Assembly: GCA_030704615.1 (NCBI GenBank)
Contig: CM060731.1
Span: forward strand, 14,136,001 to 14,200,000
DNA from: Takakia lepidozioides
Taxonomy: Eukaryota > Plantae > Bryophyta
DNA: 64,000 nt
Reading direction: 5' to 3'
Part shown: piece by piece, positions 49,150 to 62,176 of the stretch
Layout: each line of letters opens with the position of its first letter
How positions within the stretch are numbered: the stretch's first letter is position 1
The notes under the pieces: generated by a model
The model's database searches: none
Told to the model about the DNA's origin: nothing
Seen by the model: only the letters and a program-made list of their open reading frames with translations
Translations under genes and position numbers: made by a program

Positions 49150-52100
49150 ATGGTAATGGAAACGTTGAATTTGTGTGAGAAAAATGGTAAATAGGAAGAT
49201 GATCAGGTAATTTACATGCAAGGTATATGGGTTATGGTTTGTCCAATATGCTTCTGTGGATCCTGATTGACAACCATTAACAATTGCATTGGTCCAGATG
49301 TGGTCTAATTGAGAATCATAATCTGTTGTACTATTGGAAAAACTAAGTTCAAGGTTATAATGTTTCATATAATCTTGGAGTTTCTTGGATTCGGGGGATA
49401 GTTGCAACATATCTACACTGAAATCCCCAATAAAAATCATGGGACAAGATCGAGGAGCTTTGATGTAGAATTTAGTCAAAATGTGAAGGAAATCTTCTAA
49501 GTGCATTCTTGGAGGTTTATAAATTGCTATGACACGTAATGCTTTTCGTGTATTGAAGTTGAATGAAGCTGCAATAAATTCAGCACCATTATGTGTGCAT
49601 ATTTCATGGTGTGACAAAGTCATACTTTTATCATACGTTGTCATTGTGCCATGATTATCGTAACAATTAAATTTATCAATATTTATCAAATGTGACCAAT
49701 TTGTTGAATTATTTGAATTATTTATGCGGGTTTCGTTAAGGCATAGTATATAGATGCTTGAAGGTTATAATCTTTTGTTATATCATCATGATGTTGTTGA
49801 AGGGATCGAGTATTTAATGATTGCACAATAAGATATGATCCTATGAGGTGTTTGAAAATAGGTATGGTAATTCGTATTTAGCCGATGTCCGCAACCTTTT
49901 CATCTCATCAAGTACCGACTTATCAACTTGAAAATTCTTTGATTCCAAACGATTTAACAAGTACAAATTTTCTTTTGTGCGAATCCTAGATAATGCGGTA
50001 TAAGTTAAACCATGTTTTGTAACACCGGTAGGATCAAAGGCTAAACGGTCCAAAGTTAGTCCTTGAGCACGGTGAATTGTTTGGGCTGCTGCTGGTTGTA
50101 TGGGAAATTATATGCGTGTAATGAGATGATTAGGATTTTCTCCTACTTGTATTTCTTTTGCTATTTTTGTTAAAGGAGTCCATAACCTCTCAATGTTTGG
50201 ATGAAGGCTACATAAATTGTTATGTTTTATTCTTGTATATTGACCTATCCGAGGTAAAATAAAATCTATCCAAACAATTGATATTATAGATGAAATTTTT
50301 GTATAATTCTTGAATATACCTTCAGCACCGTTGACAAGTCCATCTTGAGTTTCGTAATTTCCAGCACATAATTCCACTAGCATATTTATTTTAAGTTGTA
50401 TCTCTTTATGTAAATCTGCAGTGTTACTTTGGATTATCAGACAAGATAAAACATAGAGGACATGTGTCGTGTGGAATATCTGTAGCTTTGAAAATCTGCA
50501 CCTCACCTGGAGTTTTATAAAAAAAAAATCATATTATGTTTACGAGTGTTATCATTTGTATAAAACAAGTGTGGGAATTTTGGATCAAATGGTGGTTGTC
50601 TATAGCAAGTTTTATTAATAAAATTGATGTCATTTTCTGTTTGTTGAGCTGTTCGAAATCTATAATGAATTTAATATCAGTTTGTCGCATAACTTGATGG
50701 AGTTCATAACATTTTATTTTTTCTTGCCAAAAATCTATACCTACAATGTCGAGACCAATTCTTTTAGATTTAAATACCCATGAATCACGAACAGGCGAGA
50801 CTTGATGGAAGTCGACTGTTATAATTACATCAAGATTGCCAAAAAAAAACATTATGAACACGTTTGATTATTCTTAATCTTCTATCTACAAATGCAAGCA
50901 TCCTATGACCTATAAGAGAAATTTCATCAAGCAACAGTAACTTCAATTGATCATTTTTTTTTAACGAGTGCGTCCTTTTTTACATCACTTAAGGATGTAA
51001 GTTGATCAAGACTCCTATTGATTGGTATTGCCAAACTTGAATGTATAGTTGATCCATCTATATTGAAAGCAGCTTTCCCAGTATAAGCCATTTTGAATAC
51101 TTTTGGTCTCAATGGATCCATTATTTTATCTTGTTTGACATAAAATCGCAATAATGCTCGAATGATAATTAATAATGTGAATGTTTTACCAGTAGCCCTA
51201 CCCCTGTGATAAATATATGCAACGGTTCATCAGGATGTTTGTTCTTTTTGTATAAAATATCATCAAATATGGCTCGTTGTTCTTCGTTTTAACTTCTTAC
51301 CATGAACGCAAAATTTTCAAAAGGTAAAATATCTTCGGTCATTTGTAATGGGTCCAAACATAACATATTAAAGTCAATGGTTTTGGTTTGTTTCAAATTC
51401 TCGAATGAAAGATCATATGGATCAACTCCGGTTGTATTTGTTTCCAATGAATTGTCCACAATTTCAATGTTTGGTTTTAAGCAATCCTCACGTAATATAG
51501 AAGGAAAAATGTCCATCCAAATTTGATTGTTATTCTCATTTGCTAGGTTGTTAGCCACTCCTTGCAATTCCTCCCATTCATTAGTATATTTGTTGTCACT
51601 TGAAAATTTGTACACATATTGACTTCGAACGATATCAACTTTTATTTTATTTTCTATATATGCGTCATGTCACGTTGAATATGAACATTTTTGTGAAATT
51701 TCTGAAATACGGAATGGAGAAAACAAAAGAAGTTGTTCTCTATAGTGATTTTTCGGATCACAATAACATTAAAATTAACCCAACGTAATATTTTTGGTTT
51801 TTTTACATCTTTTGTTGTTTTTCATATTGTATTGCCCAACAAATTATGATAATGATAGGTGTTCCAAATTGTCAGGTCTTCAAATACGTATCGATGCATG
51901 AACTGCATTTTACATCCGTGGAATCTAATGGCAAATCACGTAATATTATATGAGGTTTTAATACAAAAGATCTATTTTGTTCTTGTGATGTATTTATGAA
52001 ATTGAAGACCTTGAAGTATGATGAAGAGGCAATGATAATATAATGTAAACAGCAAGTTGTGCCGGCATTTGTTGAGCATTAAGAAATGCATTTCCCATTT

Positions 52101-55100
52101 TTTTAATTCGTTGTGATGCCTCAGTTTGTTCGTATTTACATTTGTCATTTTTGTAGCATATTTTGCATTTCACATGTTACAGTTTTGTCACTTTTGTTAA
52201 ATACAAAGTACAATAGCTTGCAGCAGCATAAGGATCCAAAATGAATTGTGCATCAGTATTAGCTTGCCATAATGGTCCAGATAATTTTCCAAAAGAATTT
52301 GTCCTAATATCACTCACTTTTTTTTTCAAGAATATAGAAGGTTTTCTCAATTTGCTTCTCAATGCCATTATATACATTTCTTCATCCATTAGAATTGACT
52401 CCAAAAATTCATCGAATGATATATCATGCCCAATTTCCATGGCATGTAAAGTTTGAAAAATATTTGTGGTGTCTTTTTCAAAAGATTGATTTTTTTCTGT
52501 TTCAACAAGTGGTACAAAGAATTTTTGTTTTGCGCATAGGTGGTAAAGGAAAATGAAAACGACATATTGGCTCTCTCTTTTTTCGACATGATTGTCTATG
52601 CCGATGTGTTTGAGCTTCTCGAAGAGATGGGTCCAAAAGAGAAAGATCACATGTTATGTATTTGTCAACAAAACATTCAATTTCATCATTTGTAGATAAA
52701 TCATATTTTGGTGCATTCGCAATCCATATTAATCCATGGTCGTGTTCACTAACTCGACTTTGAAATTCTGTAACAAAAAAATAATCAGTGACTCAAACAA
52801 CACATCATTTGACATTTGTTCATCAAAAGAGAACAAATCTATCCAATTCTTTTTTATTGAAATGTTTGCTTTTTCATAAAGCGAAGTTTTGCACAGATCT
52901 ATCAAAGCTTTTATAACCATATTTGGACGAACATATCCAAATACATAAACATGTTTGTACTCTAATTTTCTTTTGATATAAACAGCAATATTTGAATCAT
53001 CATGGGGGAGTCGTGACAAAATAAATTGCATTTTGTCAACATCGGATGGTGTACAACACTACCTCGAATTCCATATTGGCCAAATCCGCTTAGTTGATGG
53101 ATTTGTGCAAATGCTTGTCGTGGAGCCACAAGCCGTTCTTCCAATTTATTCAAACATTATACAGAAGGTATTGACAAGTTGGTATTGGATGTATGGTCTC
53201 GCATATTTAAATTGGGTTTATCACCAATTTCAATTAAATATCGGCAAGATTTGCAAATTAATAAAGATGATGAATTTTGTGTCTTCTTTACAACAAGTAG
53301 TACGTTCAATTATACAAATGTAAGATTTTGAAGCAAATGTTGTTTGATAATGAAAGAATAATCGTCGACAATAAAAGCAAAGTCGAAAGGCAAGAGTATT
53401 TTGGTGTATCTTTTATACTTTTTCTGAAATTAAGTACTGATTTTTCGTTTTTGTCACATGTTTTTGTCGCATGGTTTTTGTTCTTTCTTATTTGGATCTG
53501 GGATTGATTCTGTAGTAAGAAGACATGATGAGTTATTTGTAATAGTGTTAGATTCAATTGTGAATGATGGTCAAGAAATGATTTCGTAATATTTTTCTAA
53601 GTTATTGTATTGTTATTTTTAAAAATTTGAAAGATGTCTTCATTTAATTGTTTTGTCCAATGAAATCTACGTTTTTTGTTGGATTTGATTTTAGATGAAA
53701 AATTTAAAAACATTATTACTTAATTTTGAATATGAGGTATTAAATGTGTTGGAATTAAAAGTTTGAGCTTCAATTGATTTTGACACATAGTCGTTTTGGC
53801 GCATTTTATTATTTGTAGTATAAACTCTTGGTTCAATTTGTTGCATTGTTTTTGCCATATGTAGAGTTGGGTTCACTGTTTCACATGAGGATCTTCCATA
53901 TAATTAATATTAGCACTAAATTGCAAATCAGCTATGTGTTTTACATCTTTATTTGATGATTTATGGAATTTCATTTGTTTATTGACCGTTTCTTTCATAA
54001 ATTCAGTAGATGGAATAATTGGAGTTTGAATATTTTTGGAGTGTTTATCAAACTGTAGATATGTTTTCTTTATCAGAATCTTTGGTCAAGTTTTGATGTG
54101 TCATGACTTCTTTACGTTTTCTAGAAATTATATTATCAAAATTTGGTAGTTTATTGGACGTGCTTCCTTTTATATTGGAATTGGAAGTTAATATTTGATA
54201 CTCTGCATTGTATTGTTTATTTACTTTCACAATAGAAATTACATCTTCAGAAGGCTTAATTTGATTACTTTTCTTTTTGCGTAAATATTGGGCATGCCTT
54301 GAAATTTGAGAAACTGTCAAATTTAAGTAACTGTATTTTTGTTTAAATAAATTAGCAACATATACAAGTGTTGATTTAGGGTTATTATGCATCAAATTTA
54401 ATAATGAAGAATCCAAATCTTTTTTCCAAAAGAATCGAATATTGGTTTTATTTTCATTTTCATACACATTTGATGTCATTTTTACCTTTAGTTCTTCTAA
54501 TTTTTATTTTATATTGGAAGATTTTGCATGATTGTATTCATTATTCATGTCAAGTTTAAGGTAGTTACACTCAAATGTGAGCGCTTAAGCAGATATGCCC
54601 ATACAATTGGTGCAGTAAGGGAAAAAATTATATGACTGGATGAGCAATTGAACAAACAGCTTGTGGTTTGAATTGCATGAATTTTGGACGAAGTGGCTAA
54701 TTGGTATATATTATCAAAGTGGCAGGGCACAAAAATGCTATGCCTCAGCTATGGAGGGTACCATAACTCACTGAAATATTATCTAATATGAAGCCTACAT
54801 GTGACCTGATATGCACTTGAAATGGCCCAATAACTCACCCAACAGCTCGGCCCACAAGAGCAAAAGGTATCCTATAAAAGGCCTCCATTTGGCAAATACG
54901 CTGGTCACAGTATTCAGTACGTTTTTGTTCATCTCATGTCATGTCATGTCAGGTTTACAGTGAATAATATTATTTGTGATTTTTTTTACTTTTAGGTCTT
55001 CAATAACACATTCACTTGAAGAAATAACACCACATGTATTGTTGTTATCTTTTTCAATTGGTTCAAAATGACTATTGCCAAAGGCTATATGAAGTGGATC

Positions 55101-55300
55101 AAGGAGATACTCTGCGCCACATTTACACATAATTCTACCATTTTGTTTATTACATACGTTTAAGATAATCAGATATCCAAAATATTGCAGTAAAATCCCC
55201 CTACAAACCTCCTGAAGTAGCACTTAGCGACATTGTCATGACATAATCATTCTCATTACAAGCGCCACCACTATGTAAATCAAACAAAAAATCGGGGTTC
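49150..55300 (-). mobile_element. Decayed Helentron/Helitron2-type rolling-circle element: possible OTU remnant, DUF6570-like region, HUH Rep, PIF1 helicase, AP-type endonuclease
   Basis: EFQSRVSEHDHGLIW, HRHRQSC...CRFHFP, WQANTDAQFILDPYAAASYC, AYTGKAAFNIDGSTIHS, LLDEIS, LHQVMRQ, TIHRAQG, YTALSR, LNTRSL/LNET/IYKPP/GDFSVD/LDHIW. Termini not identified. Confidence 0.88.
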
Positions 55301-56284
55301 AACTCATTGAGTCGACATTGTTGAGCTTTAGGTGTATTTAATATTAAACATTGGTTTAAATATTACATGCTATTGTGTCTTATTGATAATGAAAATTATG
55401 CATATCCTAACAAATATGAAATTGAATAAAAAAAGACAATCACCAACGATATAGGGATATGAGGAATTACGTCGTAAATGCAATTTTTTAATAGCTATAT
55501 CTATTAAGTCATTATTAAATGTTCCCATTTTATAAAATTAAGAAAATTTTATTTATTTTTCAATGGTAAATCAATATTACATATTTATAGTTTGAAATAC
55601 AATGCTACAAACATGAAATTCGTAATTAATATATTCAAAATCGAAATTATCAAAATATCACCAAAATGTCACCAAAATATCATAAATTGATCCATCAAAA
55701 TTGTCACCAAAGTACTTTAGACAATATTGAAGCCAGAATCCATCTCGTAAAAAGAAATGGTTATGTACTTCAAATTTCTAAAGTCTCTCACTCTATCTCA
55801 ACACTGCCTTCTCGTGGTGTCTCCAAATCTATGATTTTGAATCCCACTACTTCTCCACTAATGCCGATATTGAATTCTCCAATGTATCTCTGAATTTCCT
55901 GGTGTAAAAAGTCCTTTGATTACTATACCCTTCCAATGTAAGAACGGGAAATCCTAGAATAGCAGTAATCCAAGATGCCTTCAAAATGCAAGGATTGGTT
56001 GTATCATCCTCAGTTGTGGTTTTGCAGTGAATGACACACTCTTTGCACTGTTCCACGAACGGATTTGCAAGTATTGCAATAGTACCGCACATACCTAGGC
56101 ACAAGAAATAGAAAATGTTAGATCACAGTGCAAAAAATTCACAGTGGCACTTCCGGAATCGTACCCGTAACGGGACATTATAAATCCCTCGAAGCAACCA
56201 CCAGTCGCCCTCACAGTAGAAATCTCATCACTAGACAGAATCAAATTCACTTTGGCCTTTTTGGAGGAAGATTGATACAATGCC

Positions 56285-56520
56285 ATCTTGATCGCAACAA
56301 GAACTATAAGCAGTACACGAAGAGAAAATAAAGAGCCTTTGTTCACCTAGTTAACTGCAACTCTCTTTATTGCAACAGGAACTACAAGCACACTAAAAAG
56401 AAAACAAAGAACCTCTATTCACTGAGCTCACTGCAACTCTCTTGATCGCAACAGGAACTACAAGCACACTAAAAAAAAAACAATGAACCTCTGTTCACCG
56501 AGCTCACTGCAACTCTCAAA
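56285..56520. repeat. ~75-bp tandem repeat (2-3 copies)
   Basis: actgcaactctc...gcaacaggaactacaagcacactaaaaa repeated. Confidence 0.75.
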
Positions 56521-56699
56521 CTTACCAAGTTCAACCAAGTTCACGAGTTCATCTCCACAAACGGTTTAAAAGCGTAGATGATACAACTTAACTTAATAGA
56601 AGAACTAAGAAGCTGTCAACTTTCTCTTATATCCAACAATTTATCAGATACCTCTATCTTCACCTGTTGGATATAACGGTTTTAGACCATGATATTAAC

Positions 56700-56955
56700 T
56701 TAGCAGTGCTAAAGATGGATGGTGGTTGTGCTTCATCCCAGGTGGGTGATGCATAGATTGACCATGGATTGAGATAACCAATGATATAGTGGGCAAGGCT
56801 AATGACGGCTTGTGGATTGATAAATCTAGCAGTGCTATTTAGATGGATGGTGGTTGATTTAGTACTTCATGGGTGGTGCTTAGATTGACCATGGATTGAG
56901 ATAAACAACGATATACTGGGCAATACTAATGATGGCTTGTGGATTGATAAATCCA
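56700..56955. repeat. ~125-bp tandem duplication
   Basis: tagcagtgct...tagattgaccatggattgagataa...ggcttgtggattgataaatc occurs twice. Confidence 0.8.
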
Positions 56956-57119
56956 GTTATCTTAATTGGTAAAGCACTGTTTAAGGTAACCAAGATGATA
57001 TATTCATCATGTATACAATATTGGTATTGATATTGATAGAATGAGAGGTATTAACCCTCATTTGAACCTTTTTTCTAGATTGATATTCGTGGGTGGATAT
57101 TTATGGGCCACAATGTATA

Positions 57120-57670
57120 GGCGGAGATTTGAACCTAATACCTCTAATCTTAGGGTCTAAGCTACTTTTAGCCAAGCGAATTGCAAAACCTTTGCTTTGG
57201 GGATTGAACCCACAACATCTAATCTCTAGGTCCAAGCTACTTTTAGGACTAAGATACTTGTAGACCCAAATCCAAAAAAAAAAAAAAGCTTTGGATTGAA
57301 CTCGCAACCTCTAATCTTAGGGTCCAAGCTACTTTTAGCCTTAAGAAACCTGTAGACCCAAGCGAATGCAAACACCTTTGCCTTTGGGGATTGAACCCAC
57401 AACCTCTAATCTTTAAGGTCCAAGCTACTTGTAGGGCTAAGATACTTGTAGACCCAAGCGAATGCAAAGACCTTGCTTTGGGGATTGAACCCACAATTTA
57501 ATCTCAAGGTCCAAGCTATTTTAGCCTTAAGGTACTTGTAGATCCAAACGATGCCGTTGGGGATTGAAACCCACAACCTCCTTCAAATCCAAAAGGCCTT
57601 AAGGTCCAAGATACGTTTAGCCTTATAGCCTTAAGGTACTTGTAGACCCAAGCGAATGCGAAGACCTTGC
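57120..57670. repeat. ~60-95-bp degenerate minisatellite
   Basis: ggattgaacccacaacctctaatc...ggtccaagctact...cttgtagacccaagcgaatgc repeated about six times. Confidence 0.85.
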
Positions 57671-58391
57671 CGGCCAACAAAGTGGATGTAAGGTGTTTAG
57701 AGAGGCATTAGGTGTACTGCTCATCCGAGGTTGAGGAATCTGCCCCTTCTTCCAAAGCCGAAGCGGGTCTGCATGGCTTAGCATAACTCCAGTCCCAGCT
57801 TCTTGTGGTCAAGGGATACAGCTCTAAAACAAGCGCTTGGTGTCCATTTGGAAATTGAAGAGCTATATTCTAACCGACATAGTCTCACCAGCTAATAATA
57901 ATTGTGCACCAGCTAATAATAGTTGTGGAGAATGAAAGTACCTTTGAGAGCGATGCCCAAGAAGACATCCTGTCAAGTTTAGACTTAGACCCAACGACTT
58001 ATGAAACTTGCCATCGAAGTCTCTGTAGAATTGTATCTGCCTCCACAACATGCACTGGCAATGTCAAGCGCACGACGGGCAAACTTTTCAACCCTTTCGT
58101 TTTCAGTTTCAACTCTTCAACAACATTTTTTTTTTTTAGTACCTTCAGATGAAAACTATTTGAATATTGTGGCATATGAAACGATAGATGTTGGTGTCAG
58201 TACTAGCATGCCTCAGCATTCACTCGCAATAAGATTCTTCCAAACAACTCTACGACTGCATGTACAGCAACAAATAGTGTTTGATCTAATAACCATATTC
58301 ATGCTACGGACATTTATTAAGCTATTGAGGCTTGCAATAGCTATAGCAATTCCTCATGATGTCAAATCCAGGACCAAAGGGTGAGCCCAAC

Positions 58392-58766
58392 GGTTTTTGC
58401 ACCTAACTTCTCGGCCCAAGCAATAATCGTAAATGGGTCATTCATAGCACAACAGATGATGGATTGAACACATTTATCCTTGAAGGCGTCGGCATACTTC
58501 AAAAAATTAGGTACGTGTTGTTGTGAGCACACGCTTGTGTACGCCCCCTGCACTCATTTCTCTCCAGCTGCACCACAATCAAACATTTCTCTAAAAAAGG
58601 TTGGTTGTATGTAACAACTCCCACATACAAAAAGCTGAATGCTAACGCATTTGTAATCACTTGTCCTTCTCCCCTCCACTCCTACCAAGCCACTCAAAAC
58701 TAAAGCAGTTGAGCATTTACAGGAAGGCCAAAGACGACGATCTTCTTGCCCTTCAGAAAGTAAACC
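58392..58766 (-). pseudogene. Type II peroxiredoxin (PrxIIF-like) internal fragment with intron
   Basis: FLKGKKIVVFGLP|GAYTSVCSQQHVP...CCAMNDPFTIIAWAEKLGAK; other exons not seen. Confidence 0.8.
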
Positions 58767-58992
58767 ACACGAACCAACAACACACAAGTTGTGATTAGTG
58801 CATTCCAATTTCGAAACTGCGCTTCAAGCTTTCCTAACTTGAACATGGTTATCGGCTTGGGGCGAGAAACCGATCTGAGGAGGCGCGTGGAGAAGCGACC
58901 CAAATACAGTCGACCTTGGCTAAATGTGCCCTCTTGATGTGTTATAAGGGGTGTATTTGTTATCTTTTTTTACTTCCTAAAATTTTATACTA

Positions 58993-59269
58993 CCGTAGAG
59001 TCCTTCGATGTCCGGCGCATTGCTGCCGAATATTTAATTATTTCAGAGAAAGTAGGTCCGGCACCTAAATTTAGATTTTTACAATTTTTGAACAAGTTGG
59101 TCACATACATTTAAATTACCTCTAGGGAGGTAATTGGGATATATCCTCTAGAGGATAACCCTAATGCGGAATTTCTTTATCGCTTTGACATTGAGGTCAT
59201 TACTTTTCTGAATATTTCAGATAAGCAAAATTTGAATTAATAAACGCCAGACATCGAAGGACTCTACGG
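58993..59269. mobile_element. MITE with ~25-bp TIRs and TA TSD (Tc1/mariner/pogo-type)
   Basis: TA|CCGTAGAGTCCTTCGATGTCCGGCG ... CGCCAGACATCGAAGGACTCTACGG|TA. Confidence 0.85.
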
Positions 59270-59390
59270 TATGCTGCAGTAGGGATGTTATAGTCTATCT
59301 ACGTTGCAGGTTGCAAATTGTCGACATACCACAGTTATTTTCAGTCGATTTGACATGTAACTCCAAGGCGTAACAATAAAGGAGGGTCGA

Positions 59391-59754
59391 TAGTTTGGGA
59401 CTTTCTACTCGAGGACAAATATAATGTCTGTAGCTAAGTCATAGCCACCTTGTTGAATAGATGGATTGTTAATTTGTTGGAGAAGAAACTGGCGGCTGTA
59501 TGAAATAAATGCCCCCGCCGACCATTTCAAGGGCAAATTCTGGGATATATACTTCAGGAGAGCTGTAGAGTGGAATTGGTCTGGAATGGCTGCAGTGTAC
59601 ATTGGACAACCACCCTCATTTTGTACTCTGAACCGTTCAATTCAGCTTGTTTCCCATATGTCGCCTCTACGTGTATAATTTGAAGTAGAGTGAATTGTCA
59701 GACTTATCTCGAATCCACTGCATTGCATTTCACTGAACGATTGGAGGTCTTTGA
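59391..59754 (+). repeat. Dispersed copy of the HMA2 flanks (2874-3045 joined to 4805-5007)
   Basis: Direct sequence similarity with the junction at 59545/59546. Confidence 0.9.
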
Positions 59755-61324
59755 TGAGGAGAAAAACATAATATGAGAAGAATATGAGTGGCACCCCGTG
59801 ACACCCCAAAGATATACATAAGGTTGAAAGGAGGGTGCGCCGCCCTGTGACAGATATAGCTAGCTACAGTGAATCTAATCCCTAAAATGTGGGCACAAAA
59901 CAAAGCTGACAAGGCTAACTACAGGATAAACAATAAAGACCTGCAAACTAATAAGTCTATGCAGATATAGCTAATCTAACCAGTAAAGATAGTAAGCCTG
60001 ATTGTCCTCATTTACAACACCCTCTCTATAGCCAGGCGCCAGAAACAACAGAGAGATGAGATAAGGATCGAACACCAATAAAATGACGATGCTTCTCAAA
60101 CAATTGTCTGCCTACAGATTTTGTAAAAATGTCTGCATGTTGTTCGTCGGTGGCAACATGTTTGAGTTTCACCTCGCCTTCAAGTATTCGTTCTCTTATG
60201 AAGTGATGTTTTGCTTCTATGTGCTTGGTACGTGCGTGAAAAACGGGATTGAGTGCCAATTTAATATAACCTTGATTGTTGCAATTCAAGTGAAGATCCT
60301 ATAGGGTAGGAATGGAGGCCTTAGAGAGATCCGATTGGATTTGCACATTTTTGCATTCGAGTGAGACTGCAGTGGTAGATAAAGCCTTTAAATATTCTTG
60401 TAATAACCTTCTAAGATAGATTGCTTCCTCTGTGGCTTCAGACAAAGCTTTATATTCGGCTTTTGTAGTGCTGTCTGAAACGGTGGTTTGCATTTTGCTT
60501 GACCATGAAATTGCCCCAGAAGCCATGATGAATCACCACCGGTAGAGCGTCGAGTCTCTAAGCAACCCAAATAATCAGCACCTGAATAACCAGCAAGAGT
60601 TAGATTGGGGCTGTGCTGGAAGTAAAGGCCGTAATCCATTGTTTTCTTAACATAGTGTAGAATGTGATATACTGCTTCCATATGTTGTTGTTGCGGTTTT
60701 GACATAAACCGAGCCACCAATCCGACAGCATATGAAAGGTTTGGGCGAGTGTTAGTTAAGAACAACAATTTTCCCACCAATTGACAATACTCAGTAATTC
60801 AACCGGAGCAGTGTTCGTTTCTGATTGAGTTACAAATCCGTGGGGAAGTGGTGTGTGCTCGATCCTGCATTCTTCCATGCTTTGGTCCTTCAGAATATGT
60901 TGAGCATATGTACGTTGATGCATTAGCATCCCTTGATCTGTGCGAGCAAACTCAACGCCAAGACATTTAGTGATCTCACCGAGATCCTTCATCTAATATT
61001 TATTTTGAAGTTGTTGTTTTACCTGAGAAATTTTTGAGGCATCATTTCCTGTAACCAAGAGATCATCGACGTACAGCAGCAGGAAAACAACAGAGGATCC
61101 TTCTTCCATATAGTATAGGTTAGGGTCTGCGTCACTGCGGATCCAGCCTTCAGTTCTCAGAAATGAGTCAATCTCGTAATACCATGCAAGTGGAGATTGC
61201 TTTAGCCCATACAAAGATTTCTGTAACTTGCATATCAATGTTCAAGTCTTTTTTCTTCAAAGCCCGGTAGTTGCTACATGTAAATTACCTCTTCATTTCT
61301 ATTAAGAAAAACAGTAACAATGGT

Positions 61325-61884
61325 CACTACAACAGATCGCCGTAGTTATGACTGCCAACCGCCGTAGTCATGGTTTTTCCTGACTTTGACCATGACTACA
61401 CCATGTTTTTTTATCTGAAATTGACCTCCCGCAGTCGTTTATACGACTGTAGTCATATGGACGACGATGTAAGTAGTCATCTGTATTACTACATGGCTCC
61501 GGAATGGGCGGAAGGCTGATCAACGACAATTGATCAGATTTAGTTAACCACTCATAGTCATTTTCATGACTACAGTGCACATGGATGAGGTTACATAGTC
61601 ATGAGGACTACTGGGGATTTTGTAATTTGGTGTGTATAATACAATTAAAACACCATATGATCACATAAATGAGTAATGGGTGTATTGGTTAGCAGGTAAT
61701 GAACTAAAATGTTATAACAAAGAGGTTGCAGGTTCAAACTCCTTCAAGTACAATCAAATTGATAAGATGACCCTAGGGTTAGTAGGCGAGCTAGGAATAG
61801 CACGTGACACACTACATAGGCTGTCACGTGGTTTTTATTATTATTATAAAAATGCATTATGCCACGTAGCGCAACGCGGCGTCT

Positions 61885-61931
<47 letters not shown>

Positions 61932-62176
61932 TTTTTCTTTTTAAAATCAATTGCGTCTTGCCACATGGCGCGACAGCGGCGACTGTAGTATGGTATATAT
62001 GACTGCAGTGAGAGATGTCACTTGGTTCATCTGACTGTAGTCATCCGGACCGTACCATCTTATACTCATTGTATTCACTTGGTTTGCACGACTTACAGTC
62101 ATATAAGTCATATGTATCATTTATGAATGTAAAATAGTCATATATACAGTGACAAATACTGCGATCAATTGTAGTG
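61325..62176. mobile_element. Non-autonomous CACTA element nested in Copia RT
   Basis: CACTACAA...TTGTAGTG termini, many GTAGTCAT/ATGACTAC subterminal repeats, near-match 3-bp TSD, internal (TA)n. Confidence 0.85.
61888..61929. repeat. (TA)n microsatellite
   Basis: About 20 TA units. Confidence 0.95.

Noticed and set aside
55847-56346. Short ORFs upstream of the Helentron
   Set aside because: No recognisable motif; interrupted by stops.
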